Shown piece by piece: positions 25,824-41,859 of a stretch of 64,000 nt of DNA (the stretch's first letter is position 1; every line of letters starts with the position of its first letter). The stretch comes from Octopus sinensis (taxonomy: Eukaryota). A program made the position numbers and the translations under genes. The stretch covers positions 34,348,001 to 34,412,000 of the forward strand of contig NC_042997.1 of the NCBI RefSeq assembly GCF_006345805.1, written 5' to 3'. Below the pieces are notes generated by a model, which was given only the letters and a program-made list of their open reading frames with translations, made no database searches and was not told the DNA's origin.

Positions 25824-26435
25824 CATACATACATACATACATACATACATACATACATACATACATACACATTCTTTAAATCAATAATTACATAAAAAAA
25901 TATATAGTACGCGTTTGAATAGTACGTCACATATAAGAAAAAAGTCAGATTAAGAAGACGAATATATAAAAGAATATTTCTCAAGGAGAGAAAAAAAAAT
26001 AGAAGAAAATGTGACTATAGAACTTGGTTGAGATAGCAGGTCAGCGAACTGTTAGATCTTTTAAGGTTTACTTTGGTTTAATCCCACGTCTTCGTATTGC
26101 GTTTATCGGGAAAGCGTACGAGAAATAAAAGCTTCCCCTTAATGATACTAAAAAGTGGATTGAGATCAATATTCTTAATCTTTGGTTTGGACTAACGGTG
26201 CTTTCATCAGTGTTTACGTTTCAATTTCTTTGGCTTAGTTTAGAAAGGGGAAGTTGATGCTAGAGCTGGCAGAGAAATGATGAAGAGATGAGATTGTTTG
26301 AGGTAAGTAAAAGTAAAGTCTAATCGATACTACGCAAGCAACCATTTGTGTTAGTGTACATACATTACATACGGACATACATACACGCATATATAGATGC
26401 GTACATACAAGCATACACGTACGTACATTTAAACA

Positions 26436-26473
<38 letters not shown>

Positions 26474-26644
26474 TATATATATGCATGTATCTGTATATAT
26501 GTATTATGTATGCATGTATAAATATATATATATACATATATACATAAATGTCTTCATATGCAATATTAAATAAATAAATAAATATATATATATATGTGTG
26601 TGTATGTATATATTTATATATATATATTATATATATATTATATA

Positions 26645-26711
<67 letters not shown>

Positions 26712-27021
26712 ATGTATATAAATCAATCAATCAGTCTAACTCTTCATATTTATACACACACATATAAGTGTATGTATGTGTATGACTAAACGTTCGTGAG
26801 TGAGCGCGTGTGTAAGTTTCTGCGCGCGCGTTTGTGTGACTAAGTGCCAGATTAGTATTAAAGGTTAACTTGACATAGCCGAGACAATCACTTTATCAAA
26901 TAAGACACCAATCTATGAAAACAGTGTAAAAGTAGGAAGCAAAAGGCTTGAATTGGAGAGTGAAAAGAGTCTAGCGTTATCGAACTAGACAAGTAGAAAA
27001 GAACTCCACAGTACCTATACC

Positions 27022-27073
<52 letters not shown>

Positions 27074-27111
27074 ATATATGCGTGTGTGTGTACATGTATA
27101 CGTACTCATAT

Positions 27112-27204
<93 letters not shown>

Positions 27205-27226
27205 ATGTATATATACATGTATATGT

Positions 27227-27259
<33 letters not shown>

Positions 27260-27350
27260 ATGTATATGTATATATATGTTTATGTGTATATATATATATA
27301 TATATGTATACGTTTATGTATATATAGTATATGTATATATATATATATAT
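25560..27350. repeat. Cluster of compound (TA)n/(TG)n/(TACA)n microsatellites
   Basis: Tracts at about 25560-25870, 26390-26790 and 27020-27350. Confidence 0.9.
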
Positions 27351-28089
27351 ATGATTTTCTATCAGAGCATATGAAAAGTTTGGGTATACTCAAAGAGTGG
27401 TAAAGATAAGGTAAGCAGACGAATGTGGTAGCAATAACATAAAAACTCATAGAGGGAAAGACAGAAATAGAGAGAGAAAGAGGGAGAGAGAGAGCGAGAG
27501 AGAGAGAGAGGGCAGGGATAGAGAGGGGGGTGACAGATAAAGCGAGGAAGATAGGAAAAGAAAGGAAAGAAAAAAAAGAATGAACGAAAGCTAGTAAGGC
27601 AGACGGGGAAAACGAAGACGGAAAATGAAGAAAAATATTTGAATATATTGAGTTGAAAATTTATTGGTTTTGAACAAATTTATAGACGGTTTCCTATTGT
27701 TTGTTAGTTAGACAAACATAACGTTATGGTTCGATGATACAAATCATTAACTGAATTTCAGACCGCTCCTATACATTGAAATACACACACAGACACACAC
27801 ACACAAAATTGCGAGAACTAATATCAATTTTCTCTGGATCCACCTACATTACTGGGACGTATGGTTAATGTGCCGATATAGATATATATATATACGAAGG
27901 AAGCTAAGATTTGCTGCTAAAAGTGATTTTGTAATGCTTCCCAACTGAATCAGTCATTACAGACAAGAATTTGAAATCTTGATGTAATAGCCCTACCTAT
28001 TAAGCTATCGACATCTCATCTTTAATCATACACACACACACATACACACTGGCACAGACTACGCAAAAAAAACAAACACTTGCATATAT

Positions 28090-28477
28090 GGGATGGAAGC
28101 ACTCCGTCGGTTACGACGATGAGGGTTCCGGTTGATCCGAATCAACGGAACAGCCTGCTCGTGAAATTAACGTGTAAGTGGCTGAGTACTCCACAGACAC
28201 GTGTACCCTTAACGTAGTTCCCGGGGATATTCAGCGTGACACAGAGAGTGACAATGCCGGTCCTTTGAAATACAGGTATAACAGAAACAGGAAGTAAGAG
28301 TGAGAGAAAGTTGTGGTGAAAGAGTACAGCAGGGATCACCACCATCCCCTGCCGGAGCCTCGTGGAGCTTTAGGTGTTTTCTCTCAATAAACAGTCACAA
28401 CGCCCGGTCTGGGAATCGAAACCACGATCCTATGACCACGAGTCCGCTGCCCTAACCACTGGGCTATTGCGCTCCAC
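28090..28477 (-). mobile_element. SINE family C head and body with an alternative 3' tail
   Basis: 28300-28477 matches family C; 28090-28295 (ggaagcactccgtcggttacgacg..tgaaatacagg) differs from the 24745 tail. Confidence 0.85.
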
Positions 28478-28611
28478 ACTCGCATATATGCGCTTGATCT
28501 GAGTCGTTTTTGTATATAACAGTTTTCTTGGGTACAACTGAAATGATTCCTAATTATGAAATGCTCTATAAGTCGTAGATATTCGACCCACAGAATGAGT
28601 TAAGTTAAAAG

Positions 28612-29165
28612 GAAGCGAGCTGTCAGAATCGTTAGCACGCCGGGCGAAATGCCTTTCGGTATTTCGTCCGCCGCTGCGTTCTGAGTTCAAATTCCGCCGA
28701 GGTCGACTTTGCCTTTCATCCTTTCGGGGTTGATAAATTAAGTACCATTTACGCATTGGAGTTGATGTAATCAACTTAATCCATTTGTCTGTCCTTGTTC
28801 GTCCCCTCTGTGTTTAGCCCCTTGTGGATAGTAAAGAAATAGGTATTTCGTCTGCCGTTACGTTCTGAGTTCAAATTCCGCCGAGGTCGACTTTGCCTTT
28901 CATCCTTTCGGGGTCGATAAATTAAGTACCAGTTACGCATTGGGGTCGATGTAATCAACTTAATCCGTTTGTCTGTCCTTGTTCGTCCCCTCTGTGTTTA
29001 GCCTCTTGTGGGTAGTAAAGAAATAGGTATTTCGCCCGTCGCTATGTTCTGAGTTCAAATTCCACCAAGGTCGACTTTGTCATTTATCCTTTCGGGTGAA
29101 ACACTGGGGTCGATGTGCTCGACTAGTCCCATACCCCAAAACTTCATGCCTTGTACCTTTAGTAG
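28612..29165 (+). mobile_element. SINE family A multimer, about 185 bp period
   Basis: gagttcaaattcc recurs near 28683, 28868 and 29051. Confidence 0.9.
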
Positions 29166-29684
29166 AAATAATTATTTAGGTACAAGTTAAGCTCTGCTTA
29201 GGTCAAACTTGCCTTTCGCCCCTCGAGTTCGATAAAATAAATCTCATTCGTCAAGTCCTGGGCTTGATGTAATCAACTTCCTCCTCTCCATCAAAAACTG
29301 CTGGTCCTTGCTAATACTGCCCACGTAACTTAGGTATGCTAGGGTATTCCAGTAAATTAAAGAAATAAGTACGAACCACAAATAGACAGAAATATCTTAA
29401 TTCACACCACAAGGAAAACAACAACGACAAAAAAAGACAGAACTTCTGAGGTGCACCCTTCTAATTTATTTCTATGAACGAGGCTAAAATTGCATGTGTA
29501 TTAAAAATGCTATACTTTACATTTTAGAGTTCTCTCTGCTTTGAAACTTTTTTCTTAGACCGACGCTTCAGTTGTGGACATCTCACCTACTTTTCAGACA
29601 TAGTAACGTATTATCTAATCTTTCATTCTGTTACTAATACGATACATTGTAATTTGAGGTACATGTAGTTGCTATTTCTAACAG

Positions 29685-29771
29685 GTTCAGCAGCTATGTG
29701 TCATGTCCCCCACTGGCTCCTCAGCACTCTGGTTTTTCATATAAACTGCTCAATTTGTGGAATATATCAAT
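29685..29771 (+). CDS. Candidate 87-bp plus-strand exon (..MCHVPHWLLSTLVFHINCSICGIYQ)
   Basis: ctatttctaacag| acceptor and AAT|gtgagt donor; two frames open; no partner exons confirmed. Confidence 0.2.
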
Positions 29772-30249
29772 GTGAGTGTGTTTTCTGTAGAGTTATATTA
29801 TCGAATCGAACATAATAAAGACTTCATTTACTTTCTTACGAAAAGGAAAAAAAAAACTGTTATCTTTCCTTATTCTGGTTAATAAGTGTTGCAGTTTCAT
29901 TCTCTTCGAACTCACTGTGACAGGCCAAGCGTTGTGGCTTTCACTTGGCGATATTGGAAATTACCAGTTTGATTCAATTTGTATTATAAAGCCAAGTTTG
30001 CTGTCATATGAAATTCACCTCGACGCAAGAGGGCAAGACTCAAAAATTCACCATTGTTCTCCAACATTGTTAATTATAAGTTTCAGCAGGTTAATTTGCA
30101 GTCAGGTTGTGCAAGACGTCACAGCTGCCATAGCTTGCAGGGGAAGAGCGGGATAACAGAAAACGCCCAGCATGTCGACTGTCACGCGAATTTCTTTCTT
30201 TCTATAAGCTGTGTTTTCTCGTTTTATTGTTTTTATTGTTCTTGATAAT

Positions 30250-30805
<556 letters not shown>

Positions 30806-32468
30806 ATTATATATTTGATTTTTCCAGTTTTCCTAATTTGTGGGTGAGAAAGAAGTGTGTTAGGTCATGATCAAGTGAATTATGTGTGTTTAATGTTTTG
30901 TATATAATTTCTATTTATGTGGCTTTTTTTCTAATATATTTTTACAGAAACAATTAACGAGAATATTTATCCGTTTCATGTTATTGTGTCTGATGTAGTC
31001 AGACTATTGTTGGAGCTTCTTGATGCTGCTAATGTGGTTTTCGTTTACAATTAGCCCTGTTCTCTACGATGAACACACAAAACTGTTCTTTTCCTGTTTT
31101 CACAGGTTTTTTTGTTTCTTCTTTTATTTATTATTTGGCTTTTGTTTAATTTCTGGATTTTGATTTATGTTGCTCTTTTAAGTAATTATTTTTGTTTTAC
31201 GTGTTTACTTTGTGTCCTAAGAATTATTTGGGAGGCTTGGAAGGTCAATGAGTTCAGTGCCATTGTCTTCAGAAGACAAGCCTAAATTTGGCTCTTTAAT
31301 CATTTATGTCTTCTTTGATGCGTCTTATCGTGTCATTTACCTCGAATATTATCGATGCGATAATCGGCGGGATGCATTTCAGATATTATGAGAGAGAACG
31401 TAAAGGGATCACCCGAGGTTGTTTTCACCCACAATCCCCCACCATACAAAATCTCGTCCACCGGGAAGCTCTGCTGTTGTATGAGAAATTATTGTACTGC
31501 CGTATATTATGTAAAACTATATATTTGTGGTGAAAATAATGATATTTTAATAACTATACAGAACATACTTCCGAGCTGCATAATACACAAGCGTGCAAGG
31601 ATATCACCCTGTCCTGTTGTTCTCTTCCTACCTCCTTTACTATCAATGACAACATACTGAGCTTTTTCTTATGGTTATCGATTAGTAGTGTGTTATCTCT
31701 GAAACCTTATAAATTTATAAGGCATGCTGCAAATCAGAGCTCTCTTTGGTTCAACAGTAGCCAGGCCAACATAACTTTGACTCAGGAATTATGAAAGCAT
31801 ACACATCTGTATCACAGGATAAGAGAGCATTTAGAAATAGAAGTTAAGTTTTACGCTTCGGTTTTTGTTGTGTTTAGTGTGATGTCAACAATTATTAAAT
31901 AGTATAGTGATCAAAGGATTCTGCTGTGGCTGCCCAGTCTTTTCCATAGTATCAGTGTAATCAGGATTACGGTTCTGATCTGATGCGATCTTATTATCTC
32001 GATTGGTAGGACGTGACCCGAGGAAAATGTGATTGTCGTTTCAAGCAGGTTGGGAATGCCTGGAGATTTCATATTGAATTGTTAAATTGTGATGAATTGG
32101 AATTTATTTATATGTTGTGCGCACTAGAATCACTTCTTCCAGTGAAAATTTTAGGAAGTTAGATATAATGACATAGTTATGAAGTATTATATTCGTAAAA
32201 TAATGGAGGTAATGTGTTACGACGTTTCGGAAAGAGCACTTCCTCCAAGCGATATTATTGTTTCACCACAAGTCAGTCTTGTTTGAGCAATAATCTCAGC
32301 TTTCACAGGTATTGTAGCTAAAATTATATTATATAATGTGGTATTTTAGTACAACGAGTGATTGTATAGAGAATCCCGTTGATTTACTCCCAAGTAAGTT
32401 GTAGTCATGCGGCATTGTAAGGAAAATCTGTGAGAATATTAAATTTTTCATAGCATATTTATATTATG

Positions 32469-32775
32469 TGTTGTATAGTGAAAGTGTATACCCCTCCCGG
32501 TAAAAATAGGTAGGAGTGAGCTATTATAAACAGACCAGTAGCCAATCATCAAGAGAGGGTCAAGAGCCAGAGTTGAAAGTCGACAGTTCTAGTCGGTGTC
32601 TTGTGGAGCTATCAGTGGTAGTAAGACAGAAGAAGTCAGTGTATTACTATTCCGGTACGAAGAGATACGACGGTACCCGATGACTAGTAACTATTATGGC
32701 TACTAGCGTAAAATAGCAGCTACAGTACAACGACAGTGATACGTCACACGAGTGGGAGGAACTCACTTTACAACA
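32469..32775 (+). mobile_element. Solo LTR, 307 bp, with a 5-bp TSD
   Basis: Termini TGTTGTA...TACAACA; TTATG on both flanks (32464-32468 and 32776-32780); TATA-like ctattataaa near 32521. Confidence 0.8.
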
Positions 32776-33679
32776 TTATGCTAAAACAATTTTTGTCAAT
32801 TAACTTAAATTTAAAACATAGGTTTCTAAATCATTGTTATAAAAAGTGTTATAAATGTTTTGAATTGCTGATTGTTCTGCCTTGTGATTCAAAGTTTTGT
32901 ATTTGCGGAGGTTTTCATACGCCATGTTATATTGACTCTACTGAACATTAATTTTTAATTTTTGCCATTGCCGCAAGCTATGCTCGAAACCTACATAAAA
33001 GTTTTAAAATTTGCCTCCATTTTATTAATTTTAGCAGAAAAGAAATAAAAGCGAGTAACACACTCAGATCTAATTAATGAGAAATGTTCGGAATTGCTTT
33101 CTCTTTAACATCACGAGAAACCTGCAAAACCATAACTCATATCACATGATACCATTTACTGACCCAAATGTTTTCAGCCATCAAATCACACATTTAACAC
33201 CAACAAAATCTAAAGAAAATAGTATTCATTTATTGCAATTATAAGGAAACTGCAGTTTTACAAGTATAGTAGCTTGACGAAATAAATGCTTTACAGTATT
33301 TAGTTACGTCCCTTCATGTTTTGAGCTAAAACCTTGTCTGAATTGATTATGCTATTTTGATTCGCTCATGGTCGATAACTTATTTTCTTGTTGAAATTAG
33401 CTATGTAGTATATACTTAACACTTAGAGATGCTCAATTTTATGCGGAATCTATACTTATTCCTTATTAGGGAAGGTGTCACATTGCGAAAAAATCTTCAA
33501 GGATGTCCCTACCATCGGGTGGCATAACAGACTGACTATTATTCTCACTATAAATAGGTTTGTTCAATCACTATTTAAAGTTAATCTCAAGGTGGTAGTA
33601 TAAAACCGTATTAGCAGAAGTTAAGATTAACACGAAAGCTGTTTCTTCCAAAATAACATTATTTCTCTTCAATCAACAA

Positions 33680-34047
33680 CAAAAACTATAGCGATATGTG
33701 TGTGTATGTGTGTTTGTGTGTAGGTGTGTATACACATATACGTGTATGTATGTATATATACACATATATATGTACGTATGAATATATACGTACATATATA
33801 TATTTATATATATATATATATATGTACATGTGCATATATGTATGAATACATACATATACATACCTGTACACACACACACATTTCTATGTATGAATGTGTT
33901 TATATATGTAAACGTGTCTGCGTAAACACATATACGTATATATATGTAAATATATGTGTGCATATATATAAATGTATATGTAAATATATATATATACATA
34001 GATACATATATATATAGACACACACACACTATATATATATGCATGCA

Positions 34048-34117
<70 letters not shown>

Positions 34118-34172
34118 AGCATGTATGTTTATATGTGTGTGTGAAGATATATATATATATATATATATATAT
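33680..34172. repeat. (TA)n/(TG)n/(CA)n compound microsatellite
   Basis: Direct sequence inspection. Confidence 0.9.
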
Positions 34173-34891
34173 AGGGGGGGGGTATACGAAATCAGATGAA
34201 CAGCAAGACTAAATCACATAACAAAAAAACAATACATACTCCACCACTCAATTTTCTTCCATCATATGATAGGTCAATCTTTGAAGTTCATCTGATCAAA
34301 GGATTAGTTTTAAAATAATTTATCGCAAAACATGATCGGTGGAACGTGAACTGTTAGTGTGTTTTAAAGTCAAATAAACATATATGAGTTTTCCCCTTCT
34401 TCCTATTAAATACCACAGAAACTTTAATAGTATAAGTAATTTAACATCAACAAAGGTCTTCTCGTGACATCTTAATAGTTTAAAGTTTTAAATCGTTTTC
34501 TAACGTAATAAGATAGCGTGCCGAAACAAATAAGCTAAACAGATGCACACTGACTCATTCACATACACACAAACATACGAAGCATACATAGAACTATTCA
34601 AAATACACAACACACACACACAACACACACACACACAACACACACACACACAAATAATCTCACACACTTGTGTATTTAATCACATGAATGTATATATATA
34701 TACAGATAGGCAGAGAGGCACGTACACATATTCGTAATACGTATATGTATAATATTCGAATCTGTACAGATATACATCTGCAAGCAAAGATACACCAAAA
34801 CACGTACATATGCATGTACATCTAACAGCTCACCTCTGGTATTAAACGCTTTTTCAATATGTCTGTAAGAATAATACACAATATCGACACC

Positions 34892-34935
<44 letters not shown>

Positions 34936-35724
34936 TATATAATGTTATCTAATCTGTGGAATAACCTATCGCATGTATTTCTATATGTTCTCTATATACA
35001 TGTTATATATATATCCACACATACACACACACATAAGCACGCATAAAGATATCTTCTTTTCTTTTTAATGAAGATTGTTCATATTTTTGCAATATATCCT
35101 TGCAGTCAGTTGAATACAGTAAACTTTCTGAATTGATCATTAATATTTCAAAACCTTCAAATCCGTATCTTTAAAATGAAGTGATGCAGGCAAGTGCAGC
35201 AGTATCTCTCAGATCTTCGGATTTGTCGGACCGAAAAATTATAGCTTTCTCTATTTCTCGAATTAAAGGCGTACTCGCTTTCCTTTTTTGTGCCGTTGGT
35301 GCTGAGTACCAAATACTTCCTTTGTGTAACGTCTGTTTTCAACTCCATTGGAGAAGCAAGTGCTCCTGAGCATAGAGACTGATTTCAACAACTGAATGTT
35401 GGCTCCTCGGTTAGGAATTTGTTAGTGTCGACTTTTATTTGAGATATTTGATAATGGATGAGATGTCTAGACAAATATACTTAATTTTCAGATTGTGGGC
35501 ATTAAATGGCTTATATTATTTGTGTACATTACCAGAGACTCTAAGTTATGGAGATCGATAAGCAAGATTACATTCTTCTTTCCAATTCTCTTCTGATATA
35601 TAGTTGCAGCAATGGTTTTCTGTCTGAATTAGCTTCTTACTGAAGCCACATGGGACTAGTGCCTCATTAGAAATGAACACTGCTCGTTTGAAAACTTATT
35701 TCTACAGATAGGTTTTGTGCACAT

Positions 35725-36022
<298 letters not shown>

Positions 36023-37428
36023 CGATATAATTGTTTCTCTATCCATAAGCACGTGTGTATATAACTTGACCTGTACTATACTGAATATTTAAACTTAATT
36101 TTCTTAATTGTCTTATAATTTTAACCTTAGGAAGGTATGTGGTCTTGCGGGTTGGGTGTTATGCTCACAGTCATAATGTCATGGGTTCGTTACTATGACA
36201 GAGCAAAATTCCAGTCAGGTCACCTGAAAATGAATACCAGTTGAGTGCTGATGCAGCTTCTCTCCGTTTAACTGTCACCTCGATGTCCCACTGCGTTAAA
36301 AAGCTGGGGGATTTTGAGGATCTTTATGTCTGATGGTCACTACATAGACATCTAACACAATTAGGGAAACCATGATATTTTATCCAAATTTATATTTGTT
36401 ACTAGAGATGAATATGGTTTTTAATTTTAGCCTTGCTGCGAAAATGAAATAGATTTATTCTTCTAAAGGCTTACACATTTCTATAAACAGAAAAAAGTAG
36501 GATTAATGTGACTGGTTTCTAGTTTCCTTAGACCTTCATCAGAGAAAGAATAACCAATCTTTTGTTTATGTAGTGACTAGAAGCTTGTAAAACAGAATGT
36601 GATTATAGCACAATATTTTATATTTTGTGGACAGAAAAAGTGGAACCTATTATGGTTAAATACTAGTTACGTAACCACTTCATCGGAGAAAAATACGGTG
36701 AAGAGAATATCCGCAGATAGGAGATTCGTATCCTTGATTTTAACATTGTAAAAGAATGCTAAAACTAATTAGACCTATGTTACATTTGCTCTTCACAGAG
36801 CGATTAAAACTTGTATGTGGTTTCATTATTTGCTATTGTCAACAATGTTACACAGTAAATTTTACAAGAGAACAGGAGTCGCTGCTGGGTGCATTATCAA
36901 TTCTTTAACTGACCACATTGCCAGCCCGGGTACCTTTATGCAAGTTAGCTGAACTAGGTTATTTGTGTCCGATACTTTCTACTTTGTAAACAGCTATATG
37001 TCACAAAACACTCTGTATGCAGAAGATATGCTACTTTTCCTGATGAAGATCCAAGGCAAGAAATTAGTCTTATTGATGCTGTATTTTCTGTCTATAAAAA
37101 TATATAAACCCTGTGGTGTACAACTTCTATTACATTTGAAATACGCAGAAGTTTAATAATTGAATTGAATACAGTTTCGACCGTTTGTTTATAATTCTCG
37201 ACTGCAAAATTCAATAATAGTTGCAATCACTTCGCAACAAAATTATATAAAATCAAATAAACTATTAAAATTCGCTGGCAGATACAGAAATGCGCAAAAA
37301 CAAACAAAAAATATAAAGAGACTTTGTTATTTAATAATTTTGTAAAATATGGATTTGTAAAATGTATGTTCGCACTGTGCATAGAGCAGATGTTAGACAA
37401 CAATTACATGAATTTGTTGGGTACACAT

Positions 37429-37512
<84 letters not shown>

Positions 37513-37923
37513 ACACATACACACATACATACACGCAGAATGAAAGAGAGAGAGAGAGAGATAGAGAGAGAGAGACAGTGAGATAGAGATAGAGATAAAT
37601 AGATAGATAGATAGGTAGGTAGATAGATAAGTAGATATGTATGGATATTTAAAGGATTAGGAATTACTCTACTCATACAGAAAGTCATATTTGCATATAC
37701 ATATATGAAAATATAAACATATACATATATCATTTATTTAATGACAGCTTGATTTGGCTCCATGCAACTTAAAATTTCGTGAGCTTGTGCATCGAAACGA
37801 ACTTCTTAGGGCTGGAAATCCGAATCAAAAGTGTCTGAGACAGCTAAGGATATTGGGCTGTTATTGGTCGATGCGGTCTCATGGTGTTACTAACATTGTG
37901 TTATACGAATAGAAGTGACAATG

Positions 37924-37982
<59 letters not shown>

Positions 37983-38011
37983 GTATGTATGTATGTATGT
38001 TTGTATATATA

Positions 38012-39453
<1,442 letters not shown>

Positions 39454-39474
39454 ATATATATATATATATATATA

Positions 39475-39524
<50 letters not shown>

Positions 39525-39567
39525 TGAAATAGAAAGATGAATAATCTTGTTGCAGATTAATCAAAAG

Positions 39568-39600
<33 letters not shown>

Positions 39601-40079
39601 TAAATATTAGGGAATATATCCAATGTGTATAAGTCGTGAGTCTGTGGTTTACGTGTGTGTATTTGTGTGTGAATGTTTAGGTTAGGGGGTTTACTTTATA
39701 GGTTTGTTATAGAGTTTAGCAAAGGGAGATTTTATCGTTATATGTTTTTAAGAGTTTTGTTTTATCATGGTTTTTTTAGGGAATTCGTGGTAATTAGTCT
39801 ATTTTTCGATATGGATTATATATAGGTTATATATGGATTATATACTTATATTTTTTCATTTATACTTTAATTATTTAAAAGTATTATTTTTATATTTTAA
39901 AATTTTGATTTTTTAGATTGGAAGTCCACCTGAAGATTGTCGATCAAGACAAGAAACGATTGTAGTGGCGGTTTTTTTGACTATTTATTAAATTTTATGT
40001 ATTGATTAAGTCTTTCCTGTTTGTTTTGCAAAATAGTGGTTTTGTCTCAAATAATATTTATATATATATATATATATAT

Positions 40080-41227
40080 TGTTGTGGTTCAATTTAACGA
40101 CAGTTGATTGCGACCTACTTTGGGGGATGAATCCATTGTTCTGCCAGATGCGGGAAACTCCCCGACCCTTTCAGGTGAATTAGAGTTCAGTTTGTGAGAG
40201 ACAGTGAGAGAAATGTTGAGGGGCTGAGGAAGACAGTTTAAGGAATCTGAGGAGCTGACAAGCGAGAGAATGATAGAGAATGTGAAAGAGGAAGACAGGC
40301 AGAAAGTATTACAGAGCTAAGAGAGTGGAGATTGCGACAGAGAGTTTGGGGTAGTGACAAGGCAGTCGAGGACAGAGCAAGTGAGGATTTAGCAGTCGGC
40401 ATTTGGAATTCAAGGCAAGCGGTTGGCAGTTGGCAGTTGACAGTTGGATTTAGCAGTTGGCAGTTGGATTGTACAGGAGTTGGTAATGGTTTGTTCTGCT
40501 GTGACGGAGAGAGGATTACGGATGGAAGGCATGGCTATTATAGTAGGAACTGAACGGTATGTGTTAATTGTATGTTTTGATATGTGAAGAAAAAGAAGGA
40601 GAAAGAATCGATGTATTGAAATGTAAAAGAAATGAGACAGTAAAAAGAACAATGTGAACTGTGTTGATATGTGTTACAGAACTGTTAAAGAAAGAGAGAG
40701 ACTCTGTTGTAGTCTTTAATGAACATTGAATTGTATATGCCTTTAATGTCCTTTGAACTGTAACGTTAATGTGATTTGAAACAGAACTGTTGTCTCCGGA
40801 CTGTATATTGTATCTGCATGTTTAAATGCTTTGATCTGTTGTATACCTGTTTCTTGATTTGTTGTTTTCTTGAAATGCTGTTGTTATTGCATTTGATGTG
40901 TTGTTACTTGCATGTATTTCCTCTTTGATGTATCTGATATGTATTTGATGTTGTAACAATTATAAAGTGTTATAAACTAGTAGGTTAAACGTAGCCAATT
41001 GCCTTCCGCTGTGTTTCTTTGTGTCTGTTTCGATTGCCTCTGTGTCTCTTCCTGCAGCTGTTGTTGTTGTTGTTGTTATCTCTCTCCTCTCTGAGTTCCG
41101 TGGCGAACACTCGCCGATCGATTCGAGCCTGGTCAATCGTCGTCGCTCGACTTGTTGGGATCCCGGGTTGACGAGTTCGAGCGGCAGCAGGTGGGATTCC
41201 GTAACAGCTTTCGGAGGTCCCGTAACA
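40080..41227 (-). mobile_element. Putative solo LTR of about 1.15 kb within (TA)n
   Basis: Termini TGTT...AACA with ATAT on both flanks, an abrupt compositional shift and no coding potential. Confidence 0.65.
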
Positions 41228-41859
41228 ATATGTATATATATTTATGCATGCTTATACACAAACACACACACATATATACATATATACGTATATATTTATA
41301 TGTGTATCTATGTATCTAAGTATCTATATATATACCAATATATATATATATATACATATATAAATTAGAGAAAAACCACTATTATGTAATTCAAACAATG
41401 ATAGACATAAACCAAATCATAAAGAAAAAATAAAATATATTATAAAACATGTAACTAGATCACAAAAAGTACAAAAAATGAGTAAACAAAATATAATAAT
41501 TGTTTGAATTGCATAATAGTGTTTTTTCTCTAATTTATATATATTATATATTTATATTGTGAAATTTGATTTAATACTAAACTGAATTTTTCCCTGTAAG
41601 TTTGGAGTTATACTCCCTAAAATCATTAAATATATATTCATATATGCAGAAAAGACATGTATAAGTATATATGCACACACATGCATATCTGATACATATC
41701 TACATTTGCTCATACATATATTTATATATAAATATATATGTATAAAAATATCTAATGTAGTCGTTGAATATGGTCGGTTAGAGAGTTACCATTGGTTTCG
41801 CACATATTAAACTCTCAGCAATATAGGCGACACAGAAAACCTGCGCGCCAGATGCACAT

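Noticed and set aside
31200-32460. Region of degraded coding-like composition next to the solo LTR
   Set aside because: Fragments hint inconsistently at L1/Tx1, integrase or dUTPase motifs. The intact TSD shows it is not the internal part of that LTR.
35130-35690. Possible transposase relic on the minus strand
   Set aside because: No diagnostic motif found by manual translation.
36475-36480. 6-nt micro-exon candidate (ttttctgtttatag|AAATGT|gtaagc, minus strand)
   Set aside because: Splice signals alone cannot be distinguished from chance in 64 kb of AT-rich DNA.
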